Source of the DNA: Eledone cirrhosa
Lineage: Eukaryota
DNA: 64,000 nucleotides
NCBI GenBank assembly: GCA_964016885.1
Contig: OZ024745.1
Span: 95,108,001 to 95,172,000, forward strand
Direction of reading: 5' to 3'
This document shows positions 40,545 to 53,299 of this stretch, piece by piece. Positions within the stretch are counted from its first letter, which is position 1, and each line of letters begins with the position of its first letter. The translations under genes and the position numbers were made by a program. Under the pieces are notes generated by a model that saw only the letters and a program-made list of their open reading frames with translations, did not search any database and was not told where the DNA came from.

Positions 40545-40586
<42 letters not shown>

Positions 40587-40690
40587 AAACGAAATTTCAT
40601 TTCTCACTCTTAGTACGGCTGTTACTTAAATATAAGTATGTATACGTACATACATACATGTATACAGACGTACAGTAGTATGTATATATA

Positions 40691-40782
<92 letters not shown>

Positions 40783-40926
40783 CATGCCTACATGTATATA
40801 TATGTACGTATGGATTCACCGAACATTTATTATAATGCTCAGTGTGTTTGTAAACAAACATTCCAAATTAAGCCGTACAGTGTCTAGCAACCATCGTTGC
40901 TCATTTGTTCAACACTAACAAAGGAA

Positions 40927-40966
40927 CGCTGTACTAGTTTCAAGCTTATTAGCTATCGTCAGCAAC
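40927..40966 (-). ncRNA. Minimal hammerhead (family B)
   Basis: gttg-CTGACGA-t-agct-aata-agct-t-GAAA-CTAG-TA-cagc. Confidence 0.82.
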
Positions 40967-41197
40967 CTATACCTTCCTGCCAGATGGTTGAACGTCTGAA
41001 AGTATATACTTTCCTTATGCATATTAACGGCTGAGCAGCCTAATTTGCATATCGAGTGAGTTTATCGGCTGGAGTACCAAAAACGATAAACGGAAAAAAT
41101 GAAACGAAATTTCATTTCTCACTCTTAATACAGCTGTTACTTAAATATATGTATGTATACGTACATACATACATGTATACAGACGTACAGTAGTATG

Positions 41198-41296
<99 letters not shown>

Positions 41297-41437
41297 GTCC
41301 ACATATATATATATGTATGTATGGATTCACCGAACATTCATTATAATGCTCGGTGTGTTTGTAAACAAACATCCCAAATTAAGCCGTACAGTGTCTAGCA
41401 ACCATCGTTGCTCATTTGTTCAACACTGACAAAGGAA

Positions 41438-41478
41438 CGCTGTACTAGTTTCAAGCTTATTAGCTATCGTCAGCAACG
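41438..41478 (-). ncRNA. Minimal hammerhead (family B)
   Basis: cgttg-CTGACGA-t-agct-aata-agct-t-GAAA-CTAG-TA-cagcg. Confidence 0.85.
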
Positions 41479-41667
41479 TATACCTTCCTGCCAGATGGTT
41501 GAACGTCTGAAAGTATATACTTTCCTTATGCATATTAACGGCTGAGCAGCCTAATTTGCATATCGAGTGAGTTAATCGGCCGGGGTCCCGAAAACGATAA
41601 ACGGAAAAAATGAAACGAAATTTCATTTCTCACTCTGTATACATGTATGTATGTACGTATACATACT

Positions 41668-41826
<159 letters not shown>

Positions 41827-42301
41827 TGACATTTAATAATCAAATCTTATACGAAAATAAAACGTGTTTTTGTTAGAATTCTTACAACAATAAATGGAAC
41901 TGAAATGCTGGCTTACAATAACAAATTTGATCATATCTTCATAAAAAATATCTCATAAACGTTGTTGCTTTTCTTTACTCTGTGAGAAAATTGATTACAG
42001 TTTCTGCATATATGCATGAATACAGAAATAACTACGGATGTGAATTCAGAATTATAATCGAGTTATGATATTTTCATTGTTTCTATAAATGTTTTTCTTA
42101 TTTTTATTTTCACAACGTGATATTAAATCATCTTAGACCAGATAAGTATGCACAACGAGTTTTTATAACGTAGAAATACAAGCAGAATTTCACTTTTATA
42201 TACACGGGATCCCACACATATATAAATTCTAGAAATATCTCAACGCATCATTTTCAAGCTGTTACGTACCCCCATTATTAATAAGTGGATTAATAATATC
42301 A

Positions 42302-42690
42302 AGGCGGTGGATTGGCAGTATCGGTAGAGGCTCGGACGCCATGCTTTGACGTATAGAGTTACGGCCCTTGCCATTCTGAGTTCAAATCCCGCCGAGGTTA
42401 ACTTTGCCTTTCATCCTTACGGGGTCGATAAAATAAAGTACCAGTAATGCACTGGGTAATTGCTGGCCTTGTGCCTAACGTAGAAACAATTATTAATAAG
42501 TGGATTGACAGTATCGGTAGAGGGTCGGACGCCATCGTTTGCAATATAGAGTTACGGCCCTTTATGGTCTAAGTTCAAATCCCGCCGAGGTTAACTTTGC
42601 TTTTTATCCTAACGGGGTCGATAAAATAAAGCACCAGTATTGCACTGGGATAATTGCTGGCCTTGTACCAAAAGAAAAAACAATTATTAA
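42302..42690 (+). mobile_element. Two tandem tRNA-derived SINEs (42302-42493 and 42500-42690)
   Basis: Each has A and B boxes and the ggggtcgataaaataaag core. Confidence 0.9.
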
Positions 42691-43439
42691 CAAGTTTAAA
42701 TATTTGTTGTATAACCCTTGAATATTCTAGAATAAGAATGAAGTTCCCGGTGAGCCGAATGTACAGTTATAGTGAAATACTTTTCATTTGTGATGACTGT
42801 CAAAAAGAAATTAAAAGTATGCTGCAAAGTTTATGTTGAGGGTGGCAGAATCATTACAGAATTTGATCTAATGATTTTTTCTGATAATAATCATATTCTG
42901 TTAGGTTTTGAGCGCAAATCATATCATAGTAACAGAACCAATTTCAATGAACGTGTTTCTTTCTGAAAATTTATAGCTTGATGTCTATGATAGAAATTAT
43001 TATTTTTTATAACAATTAAGACACTATATAAATTTTATTAATTTAGCAATACACATCAAAGCTAAATATACTTTTAATTAAATTTTAGAAAGGAATTCTG
43101 GTGTGAATAATTAACATCAAACCGATAACACCACTATTCTTCATCTTTTGTATTTCAGTTTGAACATCGACAAATATTTAATATATTTATAAATTGACTA
43201 AAATGTTTGAACACAAAGAACACTAATATCCATTGCAAGTTAATATTTGTGGTGATGTAATTTAATTTAGAAGTCGGTTCGAAGCATATCCTCGTACACG
43301 TTGTATTGATGAATATCAATTTCTAGCATAGATAAAGATCACAAGTATAGTGATGATGGTAATTTAGTGATGATCTAAATCGATTACAGTTCAAAAAGGG
43401 GCTCAATACGTCGTTAGTGTATAGGAATCTATATTATAT

Positions 43440-44815
43440 ACTAGCTGGCCCGTCCGGCTGGCACCCGGCTAGGTATACCGGCATTTTATCTTTTCAGGAC
43501 CCCCCCCCCCGTCCACTCCAGTGCAAAGATACCGCACGCCCTCTCAAGTCTGCGAGGTTGGAGGAGGGGGGGGGGGGGGGGGGGTAAAGTGCTCTTATGT
43601 TGGGTTTGAATAGTTTTTAGGATTCCCCAGTTCAGTAGCCAGTACGTTAAAGAAAATTGATAGTTACAACAATAAAGGCTGAACAAAGAACACATTTTTA
43701 ACAAACAATAATTTGTACAACCATAATGGAAATTCCAAGTAACAGAAAATATTTAAATTACATTGTTAGAGCCTCAGAGTATACAATATTTTTTGTTCGG
43801 CACTCCGGAGCAAAGATGAAGAGATTGTTTGGCGAGAGTATCTTACATACAATTGACCATGGGAGAAGCATTGATCTCGTAGCTCATCTCGCGGAGAAGC
43901 TCTGTAGACGTTGATCTCAGGACACTCCTGTCACGAGCAGGTAAGCTGTAGTGACTTAGAAGCCTACCACCAATCTCCAGGACACTGTTTTCAAGACAAA
44001 TGAGCGCCTCATTGAAAACGACAACGTATATTACGTTCGGATTGTGTCTGCGTGTGCGGTGGAGAATGTCCTCAGCTAGACTTTTGCGGTGATTGTGCCA
44101 CAGGGCGAGAGGGTCAGCGAGATCGCAGTTGTGCAGCATAATAGTAAAAAGTTTTCGCAGCTGAGAAGGGACTTTAGCAGTTGCTGCTTCTTGCAGGGTC
44201 AGGTGCCAATGGCTGTCATCGTGTAACATACCACGCATCTGGCAAGCCAAACGGTAAGTGGAACATTGATGGCCATTGATGGTTCTCAGATCTCGAACAG
44301 TAACAATGACGATAAGCCGCCTGTTCTTTCGTGAAATAAATAGGTTTTTGTTTTTGTGTATGCAAAAATATCTGTACACGAATATATATATATTAAAATA
44401 ACAGATTAAAGTTTAAGCAAAGGCTTATACCCTTAACGGGATCTTCTGAAACTAAAAAAATCAATCTGTGAACACAGAAGTAAATATTTCGAAAAACGTT
44501 ATCTAATGCAGACAGTCAGACATACAGAGACATATTATAAGGGCGCTACGTTATAGTTATGTATCTATCTAAAAAGATAGACTAAGAAAAAGTGAGGAAT
44601 GTCGTATAACAGGAAGTGTTGACATTTGAAATTTTAAAGAAGTGAATATTTAAATAGTGTCTTTAATCTTTTAACAAAATTCAGTAGAAAAAAATACCCT
44701 CACTTTTTTACTTGGAAAAGGTTACATCTATGGTGCAAATTTGGTGCTGTTTGGTCCAACGGTTTGGCGAAAAGTTTGTTACATACATACGGCCGTCAGC
44801 TTTATATTATAGATA
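43440..44815 (-). mobile_element. Internally deleted Helitron
   Basis: 43843..44379: TYRLAC..GMLHDDSHW..LQEA..PSQLRKLF..C..DPLALW (Rep-helicase linker), joined near 43870 to CFSHGQLYV..TKNIVYSEAL; actag end with hairpin. Confidence 0.8.
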
Positions 44816-45642
44816 GAAATGACGTTTACAAGATTAGAACTGTTTCATTCGCATGAAATGATTTCTACTAGTCCTGTAGAAGAAATTTCAACATACAATA
44901 AAAATATGTACGTATACACACACACACATAATATATATATATATAGAGAGAGAGATCGACAGACAAATATAGAAGAGAGAGAGAGAAATGAAGAAAATCT
45001 GAAACGCTGGGGAATACTTCGAAACAAACTTTAAAAAGTCGCATACAAATGCCCATATAGACGGAAAAAGAGGGAAGCAGATACTACAGATGTACAGAGG
45101 TCGTTTCTCGATAACGACTGATGGCCTCGTTTTCCGTCTACAGGACTTTTATCTGGTTTTCTAAAGTTGTTTTCACAGTTCAACATTTTCCACATTTCTG
45201 AAGATATTTGAACTTATTTGGCGCTACAATGTTTATTTACAAAGATGTGCTCATGTAGTTTCTTGTATAATGACCTGGTGATAAGAGTAACAAGACTCAC
45301 TACTTAGCCTTAATAAAACGAATACACACAGATACACAGACGCACACACACACACACATACGCACACACACACAGACACACACACTCACACACATATATA
45401 TAAATATAGATGGATATATAGTTGATAAATGAAACAAAACAAAAGGATGCAAAAGTACGTAGTTATATGAGGTTGACACTTGGCGGAAATGGAGGATATT
45501 TATATATAAACGGAAAAAATGAAACGAAATTTCATTTCTCACCCTTAGTACGGCTGTTACTTAAATATAAGTATGTATACGTACATACATATATGTATAC
45601 AGACGTACAGTAGTATGTATATATATATATATATATATGCAT

Positions 45643-45742
<100 letters not shown>

Positions 45743-45861
45743 GTATGGATTCACCGAACATTTATTATAATGCTCGGTGTGTTTGTAAACAAACATCCCC
45801 AATTAAGCCGTACAGTGTCTAGCAACCATCGTTACTCATTTGTTCAACACTGATAAAGGAA

Positions 45862-45902
45862 CGCTGTACTAGTTTCAAGCTTATTAGCTATCGTCAGCAA
45901 CG
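45862..45902 (-). ncRNA. Minimal hammerhead (family B)
   Basis: Same motif as 41438-41478. Confidence 0.85.
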
Positions 45903-46079
45903 TACATTCCTGCCAGATGGTTGAACGTCTGAAAGTATATACTTTCCTTATGCATATTAACGGCTGAGCAGCCTAATTTGCATATCGAGTGAGCTAATCG
46001 GTCGGGGTACCGAAAACGATAAACGGAAAAAATGAAACGAATGTTCGGTGAATCCATACGTACATATATATATGTGTGC

Positions 46080-46156
<77 letters not shown>

Positions 46157-46383
46157 CTACTGTACGTCTGTATACATATGTGTATGTACGTATACATAAT
46201 TATATTTAAGTAACAGCCGTACTAAGGGTGAGAAATGAAATTTCGTTTCATTTTTTCCGTTTATCGTTTTCGGTACGCCCGGCCGATTAACTCACTCGAT
46301 ATACAAATTAGGCTGCTCAGCCGTTAATATGCATAAGGAAAGTATATACTTTCAGACGTTCAACTATCTGGCAGGAAAGTATA

Positions 46384-46424
46384 CGTTGCTGACGATAACT
46401 AATAAGCTTGAAACTAGTACAGCG
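46384..46424 (+). ncRNA. Minimal hammerhead (family B), one stem II mutation
   Basis: cgttg-CTGACGA-taactaataagctt-GAAA-CTAG-TA-cagcg. Confidence 0.78.
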
Positions 46425-47060
46425 TTCCTTTGTCAGTGTTGAACAAATGAGTAACGATGGTTGCTAGACACTGTACGGCTTAATTCGGGATGTTTGTTTA
46501 CAAACACACCGAGCATTATAATAAATGTTCGGTGAATCCATAAGTACATATATATATATATATATATATGTACTTATGGATTCACCGAAAGAAAATTTTT
46601 TTTAAATTTTTTTTAAAAAAATATTTTCTTATTTTACGTCCTTTATATTATTGTTCTGCATTCTCCTGCATTGAACCACCTAGGTACTATGACATAACCT
46701 GTGTATTTGCTGGCATGGGCGTGCATCTGTGCGCTTATGTTAGTTGATATATTAAATTATCTATATTTATCTCCAAATCACTGATTTGTCGAGCAAACTT
46801 GTCAAAACCACTTCTAAAAAAATTTTTTTTTTTTTTTTTTGGGGGTGTTAGTAGGCGTCAGTCATCTTACCATCCCATTCCTTCTAACTAGCCTCTGTGT
46901 CACGTGATTGATTCTTTAGAATCGGCCATTTGACTTGAAGCAGTGAGAATTTCGGTACATAGAATCCAGTCCTCGCAAGCTGTTCGATCTACCGAATTAT
47001 TATTATTTTTATATGAGCCGCCAGTGTCCGCGCATTGCCTGGAGACTTAACTGAGAATAG

Positions 47061-47142
47061 ACTTCCTGATGACGCAATGAATTCTCGACAGTTGGATTAC
47101 GTAACTGTCTTTATCCCATTGCAGAAACTAATTAGTTGGAGT
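47061..47142 (+). ncRNA. Type-I hammerhead with extended stem II (family A)
   Basis: acttc-CTGATGA-c-gcaatg-[..gacagtt..aactgtc..]-cattgc-a-GAAA-CTAATTAG-TT-ggagt; predicted cut after 47137. Confidence 0.85.
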
Positions 47143-47621
47143 GAAAATTTAAGTAAGAAAAAAGTTTTTTTTTAATTTTTTTTAAAAAAATATTTTCTTA
47201 TTTTACGTCCTTTATATTATTGTTCTGCATTCTCCTGCATTGAACCACCTAGGTACTATGACATAACCTGTGTATTTGCTGGCATGGGCGTGCATCTGTG
47301 CGCTTATGTTAGTTGATATATTAAATTATCTATATTTATCTCCAAATCACTGATTTGTCGAGCAAACTTGTCAAAACCACTTCTAAAAAAATTTTTTTTT
47401 TGGGGGTGTTAGTAGGCGTCAGTCATCTTACCATCCCATTCCTTCTAACTAGCCTCTGTGTCACGTGATTGATTCTTTAGAATCGGCCATTTGACTTGAA
47501 GCAGTGAGAATTTCGGTACATAGAATCCAGTCCTCGCAAGCTGTTCGATCTACCGAATTATTATTATTTTTATATGAGCCGCCAGTGTCCGCGCATTGCC
47601 TGGAGACTTAACTGAGAATAG

Positions 47622-47703
47622 ACTTCCTGATGACGCAATGAATTCTCGACAGTTGGATTACGTAACTGTCTTTATCCCATTGCAGAAACTAATTAGTTGG
47701 AGT
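47622..47703 (+). ncRNA. Type-I hammerhead with extended stem II (family A)
   Basis: Identical to 47061-47142; predicted cut after 47698. Confidence 0.85.
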
Positions 47704-47889
47704 GAAAATTTAAGTAAGAAAAAAATTTTTTTTAAATTTTTTTTAAAAAAATATTTTCTTATTTTACGTCCTTTATATTATTGTTCTGCATTCTCCTGCA
47801 TTGAACCACCTAGGTACTATGACATAACCTGTGTATTTGCTGGCATGGGCGTGCATCTGTGCGCTTATGTTAGTTGATATATTAAATTA

Positions 47890-47935
<46 letters not shown>

Positions 47936-47939
47936 CATG

Positions 47940-47989
<50 letters not shown>

Positions 47990-48051
47990 CATGTATATAT
48001 ATATACATACTACTGTACGTCTGTATACATATATGTATGTATGTATACATA

Positions 48052-48127
<76 letters not shown>

Positions 48128-48135
<8 letters not shown>

Positions 48136-48284
48136 TAACAGATTAACGTTTAACCAAAGAATCGCTGCTTTCACCCTTAACGGGATTGTTATTTTAATAA
48201 ATATTTGCTGTATGGTTTTTATATATTTGATATATATTTCCCTTAGTGAGCCCTCTTTGGATTTTAGTCTTCACATTTATTATT
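48128..48284. mobile_element. Short inverted-structure element (family I), also at 44390-44450 and 62445-62645
   Basis: Shared aaaataacagattaa..cacccttaacgggat and ccctctttggattttagtcttca. Confidence 0.7.
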
Positions 48285-48477
48285 GTGGATTGGCAGTATC
48301 GGTAGAGGGTCGGACGCCATGCTTTGCAGCATAGCGTTACGGCCCTTTATGATCTGAGATCAAATCCCGCCGAGATTACCTTTGCCTTTCATCCCTACGG
48401 GGTCAATAAAATAAAGTACCACTAATGCACTGGGATAATTTCTGGCCTTTTGCCGAAAACAGAAATAATTATTATTA
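48285..48477 (+). mobile_element. tRNA-derived SINE
   Basis: Matches the consensus of other copies. Confidence 0.9.
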
Positions 48478-48478
48478 C

Positions 48479-48560
<82 letters not shown>

Positions 48561-48713
48561 TGTAATAATATGTAATGCAAGTACAAAAATGGAAAACAGA
48601 GAATACTAACTACTGAAAGGCTAAATATTTACAAATCACTGCTCGGGGTTTTACGTTGCATATCTTCAGATAAATACGGAAAATTGAGTATGAATATTGG
48701 TATATACAGTAAT

Positions 48714-48804
48714 AGTTGTTTCTACTTTAGGCACAAAGCCAGCAATTTGAGGCGGAAGGGAAAGTCGATGAAATCGATCCCAGTACGTACTGGTAATTTA
48801 TTTT
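48714..48804 (-). mobile_element. SINE 3' fragment
   Basis: ttctactttaggcacaa..; flanked by the direct repeat tatacagtaata. Confidence 0.75.
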
Positions 48805-48913
48805 ATACAGTAATAATGTATGAATAACATAAATAACACTGGTTGGACAACAGGGAATGATAGAGTCGTGATGCAAAACGATATATCCGTTTTTGACAAA
48901 TAAGGGTCATATA

Positions 48914-49114
48914 CAGGGTGGGCCAAAATTCACTTATTATTTATATTAATAAAATATTACAAATTAATTCAAAACTAATTTTTTTTATCTTTAAATTAAA
49001 TTTCATAATTGGATCTTGTTTTTATTCATCTTTAAACTGAAAGAAAAAAATATATTTTAATAATAAGACAAATTATGAATTATTTTAATATGAAGTCACC
49101 TTTGGTCCACCCTG
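48914..49114. mobile_element. Tc1/mariner-type MITE
   Basis: TIRs cagggtgggccaaa / tttggtccaccctg with TA on both sides. Confidence 0.85.
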
Positions 49115-49689
49115 TATTTGTAGAGAGAGCAATAAATCTACAAATCAATAAAGTGGTCGTAAGGAAATGAAAAGAGCATTCAAATTGTAATCTGGAAGTT
49201 GAGAGTATTTTTTATTAACAGTTTTACTTATTTCATCATAACCAGTTGTAACGTAAAAATGTTTACCTCCTTCAGCTTTCAGAAGTTTGAAAATAAACAT
49301 ACAATAAAACAAAATGGAGAAAACAGTTTAGGGATATGTTGTTAGGGATCATCATTAACTTGTTCATGTTACATGGTGATGTTAGTAAAGCAGCAACACT
49401 AGTTGAATACAAAAACGGTTGGGAAAATTGATAACTTAGTGGCGGCCTTAATTTGGGAATATTTTCCTGTCACTAAATACATTCACAGGCGCCCGGGTGA
49501 CATCATTTAGAGTGGTTTATCTTTTCCTTTGTACATCGATGTCTGCTGAAATCAATGTTCCATTAGCTAAGTCGACTATCCAAACATTACACTGGGCTTT
49601 AAAACAGGTTATCACTATCTATACAATAAGCCTATTGAATTACCAATGTATATCAGTGTATATTTTGCTTGCATCCCAATCTCTTTTGT

Positions 49690-51532
49690 GAATCAGGTAT
49701 TTCGTGTTAATCTCCTGTTCTTGGATTGCAAAAGCGTATCCTTGAAAGTGAGAGCCAATATAGCGATTGTTGGTTCAAGATAGACTAGTTTCCTTATATA
49801 TATTACTCTCACTCTGGAGATTCCTGGCAACATATCCATGCATGATCTTTTGCCGATAAGCATACAGTTTTTCATCCATGGATTCACTGCAATACTGCTG
49901 AGCGACTTCCATGGGTGTGAGATTTTAATTATCACACAGGCAATATCTCTCGAGGAGTTCTTTCCCAACTCTCATGATCTTATCTGTTTCATGCAGATAG
50001 ACTTGCTCGAGAGACAGGCTCCTACGCTTCGAGGTTCGTAGATGTTGTCGGAGGGATATGATGCGACATTCAAATGCTGTCTGGACTGATGTTAGGCCTC
50101 TGCCTCCCTGCTTACGTTTCAGGTAAAGGCGGTCTATGTCACTGTTGATGTGGCAGTTTCCTGTGTTGTTTAGTATTTTTCGAGTTCCAACATCAACTGC
50201 TCGGATTTCGTCTATCGTCCAATTGAGTATTCCAAACGTTGGTGTTAGGACAGACACAGCAAACACATTGTGAGCCACTGTTTTGCTTTCCTTATTACAG
50301 ATACCATTATAGGATATGTTCTCATCTATCCCCAGGTATCTGTAGCAGTCCTCATCAGATATCGGTGAAACAGTTAGGCCATTGATGACAATGTTGCTAG
50401 AATTGGGTTCTTGTTTTTCCCAGCTTTACAGTCATGTATGAGAATTTATCTTGGCCAAACTCCATTCCTATATCCTTTGAGAACGTTGTAACCCAGTCAA
50501 TATTTTTCTTCATCCCATCCATGTTCTAGGCATAGAGTTTCAGATCGTCCACAAAGAAATTATGGGTTAGGTTCGTATTTCTGTCCTCCTGTGAGCCAAT
50601 GATGTATCCCTCACATATCTTGAGCAGAAAGGAGAAAGGATTTAATGACAAGATGAATAATATTATAGAGAGACTGTCCGCCTGAAATATACCCCTGCAA
50701 TATTTTATTTTATCAGTGAAAATAGAGTCCTCCCTCTCTGTCTTTAACCTTAGGATAGTAGCCCAAGAAGAAAACAGCCTCTCTATGGCTCTGACAATAA
50801 TGTCTGGAACTTTAGCAAGCTGGAGGGCCTCTATCATCCAAGAGTGGGGAACAGAATCGAAAGCTTTCCTCTAGTCCAGCCAGACTGTAGTCATATTCCT
50901 CCTAAGTTGTCGCACCTCCGACATCGCAGTTTTATTGATTAGGAGTTGTTCAGCACATCCCCAAAGCCCTTTCTTTCCAGCTGCTTGTTCATCTGTGATG
51001 ATGTTATTATTTTCACAGTGATCTTGGAGGAATGGGTTCAGGAAGGCTGTATACATATTATACATCAGGTTCTGGCATGCAATGGGTCGGTAGTTTTTTG
51101 CCAAGTGGGTGTCTTTGTTCTTGGGGACCAGCAATGTTTGTGCTAATGTCAACCATTCTGGTATAAGTGTATCTCCCTTAAGAACTTGTTGGTAGAGGTC
51201 AGTAAGATACCTCCGATAGAATGTCAGTTTTTTGTACCAGTAGCCGACAATCACGTCTCTTCTTGGTGTTTTCTATCTTGCAGTTTTCCTATCACAGTCT
51301 AAAGGGTACCCTCACTTATTTGGTATGTTTTTGTTGTAGTGTAGGAGCAAAAGTTCTTTCGGATTTCTCTTAGCCACACTGCATCTTGGTTGAAATTCTT
51401 CTTTTCACCCCATATTTTGCTCCAAAAGGAATCTATGTCTTTCTGGGATGGGGCATCAGTGACACTTATTATTTTGTTCTTCATATCCCTATAGACTGAT
51501 GTTTGGTTTCGTCTGAATCTTTTATTAAGCAA
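49690..51532 (-). pseudogene. R4/Dong-like LINE RT fragment (third subfamily)
   Basis: NYRPIAC, EQLLINK, WLD..KAFDSVPH, GIFQADSLS, FFVDDLKLYA, DIDRLYLKRKQGGRGL. Confidence 0.85.
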
Positions 51533-51749
51533 TTTGTATGTATGTATGTATGCATGTATGTATGTATGTGTGTGTGTATGTATTATGTATTTGTGTATAT
51601 ATGTATGTATGCAAGCAAGCGTGAGAAAGCAGACGTGAGAATTATGATTATGAGGATGATGTATGTAAAAGGTAACCAGAAATTACAAAACAAACGATAC
51701 CACTTTGGAGTAATATATTATTTTAACTCTTGAAATAACAGAAAAAGTG

Positions 51750-52168
<419 letters not shown>

Positions 52169-52169
52169 C

Positions 52170-52211
52170 GTCGGGGTTAAACTTTTTCCTATATATATAT
52201 ATAGGAAAAAG

Positions 52212-52268
<57 letters not shown>

Positions 52269-53198
52269 AAAAAGTTTAACCCCGACAGCAGAACCCAAGC
52301 CGTTTCGACGTCTATTTCTGGACTGAATTATAATTTTTAGCGTGGTAATAAATAGCCGAACACTTCAAGTGGTAATTCCTTATATGGGAAGATTGTAGTT
52401 GTCAAAAGGATTGGTCAAAGTTTCTGGTAAACACAATTAAATCTTTCATGGCGGTGGGTGGGAGTGGCTTAACTTGCCTGTAGAAAAATGAGGGAGTGGG
52501 TGGAGCCGATCAAGCGTTGAAAGTGAATTCTATACAGCAAATGCTAAGAGTGTGTAGGCTAGGTAGAAAGCAGGTGAAAAAGAAATGTGAGAGTGGGACA
52601 TGATAAAATTAAAAGGTTAATAAATTGAGATTAAAAGAAAAAAATTAAATAGTAAAAAATAATTAAAAATCTCTAGAGACTAAGAGTCTAAAGCAGCTGC
52701 TATATTTTTAGCTGGTATTCCGTTATCGGCCAATGCTATATAGAATATACTGGGGTGGGGTTACTGAGGCTATAAATTCCCGATGGGCAGCCTATTTAAT
52801 TTTTTTATTATTTTTTTATTTTAATCTCAATTTATTAACCATTTATTTTTATAACGTCCCACTCTCACATTTCTTTTTCGCCTGCTTTCTACCTAGCCAT
52901 ATTTCATACACACTCCTTAGAATTTGCTGTATATAATTCACTTGCAACGCTTGACCGGCGCCACCCACTCTCTCATTTTTCTACAGGAAAGTTAAGCCAC
53001 TCCCACCCACCACCATGATAGATTTAATTGTGTTTACAAGAAACTTTGAACAAACATTTTGACAACTATAATCTTCCCATATAAGGAATTAACCCTTGAA
53101 AAGTTCGGCTATTTATTACCACGCTAAAAATTCTAATTAATCCAGACATAGCCGTCGAAACGGCTTGAGCTCTGCCGTCGGGTTAAACATTTTCCTAT
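52170..53198. mobile_element. Foldback element with about 400-bp inverted arms and an HHR-like motif (family K)
   Basis: 52265-52668 is inverted at 52795-53198; extra short inverted end at 52170-52214 within (TA)n. Confidence 0.8.
53091..53171 (+). ncRNA. HHR-like motif with long stem II (mirror copy 52292-52373, minus)
   Basis: aaccc-TTGAAAA-gtt-cggctat..atagccg-tc-GAAA-CGGC-TT-gag; the other arm supplies gggtt for stem I; stem III atypical. Confidence 0.5.
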
Positions 53199-53299
53199 TA
53201 CCCACTCTACTACCCTAAGTTTTGAGTACTCTGGTGTGTTATGGTCCATCTGGTTCCTTGCTACACTTCCTTCGTTATATATATTTATATATATATATA

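Larger units (their letters stand above)
37385..40549 (-). mobile_element. 5'-truncated Penelope-like element with inverted pseudo-LTRs
   Basis: RT remnant (GTAMATKAAPTYANL, LPFPD, YKSTDSKQYL) and GIY-YIG (CGRCNCGTC..FTCSS..YIGQT..RMTIH) at 38500-39700; arms 37440-38285 / 39700-40549 are inverted. Confidence 0.92.
46590..47894 (+). mobile_element. Tandem array (about 2.3 x 561-569 bp) of an HHR-bearing non-coding element (family A, retrozyme-like)
   Basis: Units identical except for poly-T length and rare substitutions; one complete HHR per full unit. Confidence 0.88.

Noticed and set aside
42302-42400. tRNA genes at SINE heads
   Set aside because: A and B boxes are present but there is no cloverleaf; these are SINE promoters
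48628-48670. Minus-strand CTGAAGA-tatg-caa-cgta-aaa
   Set aside because: GAAA is absent and stem I is unclear
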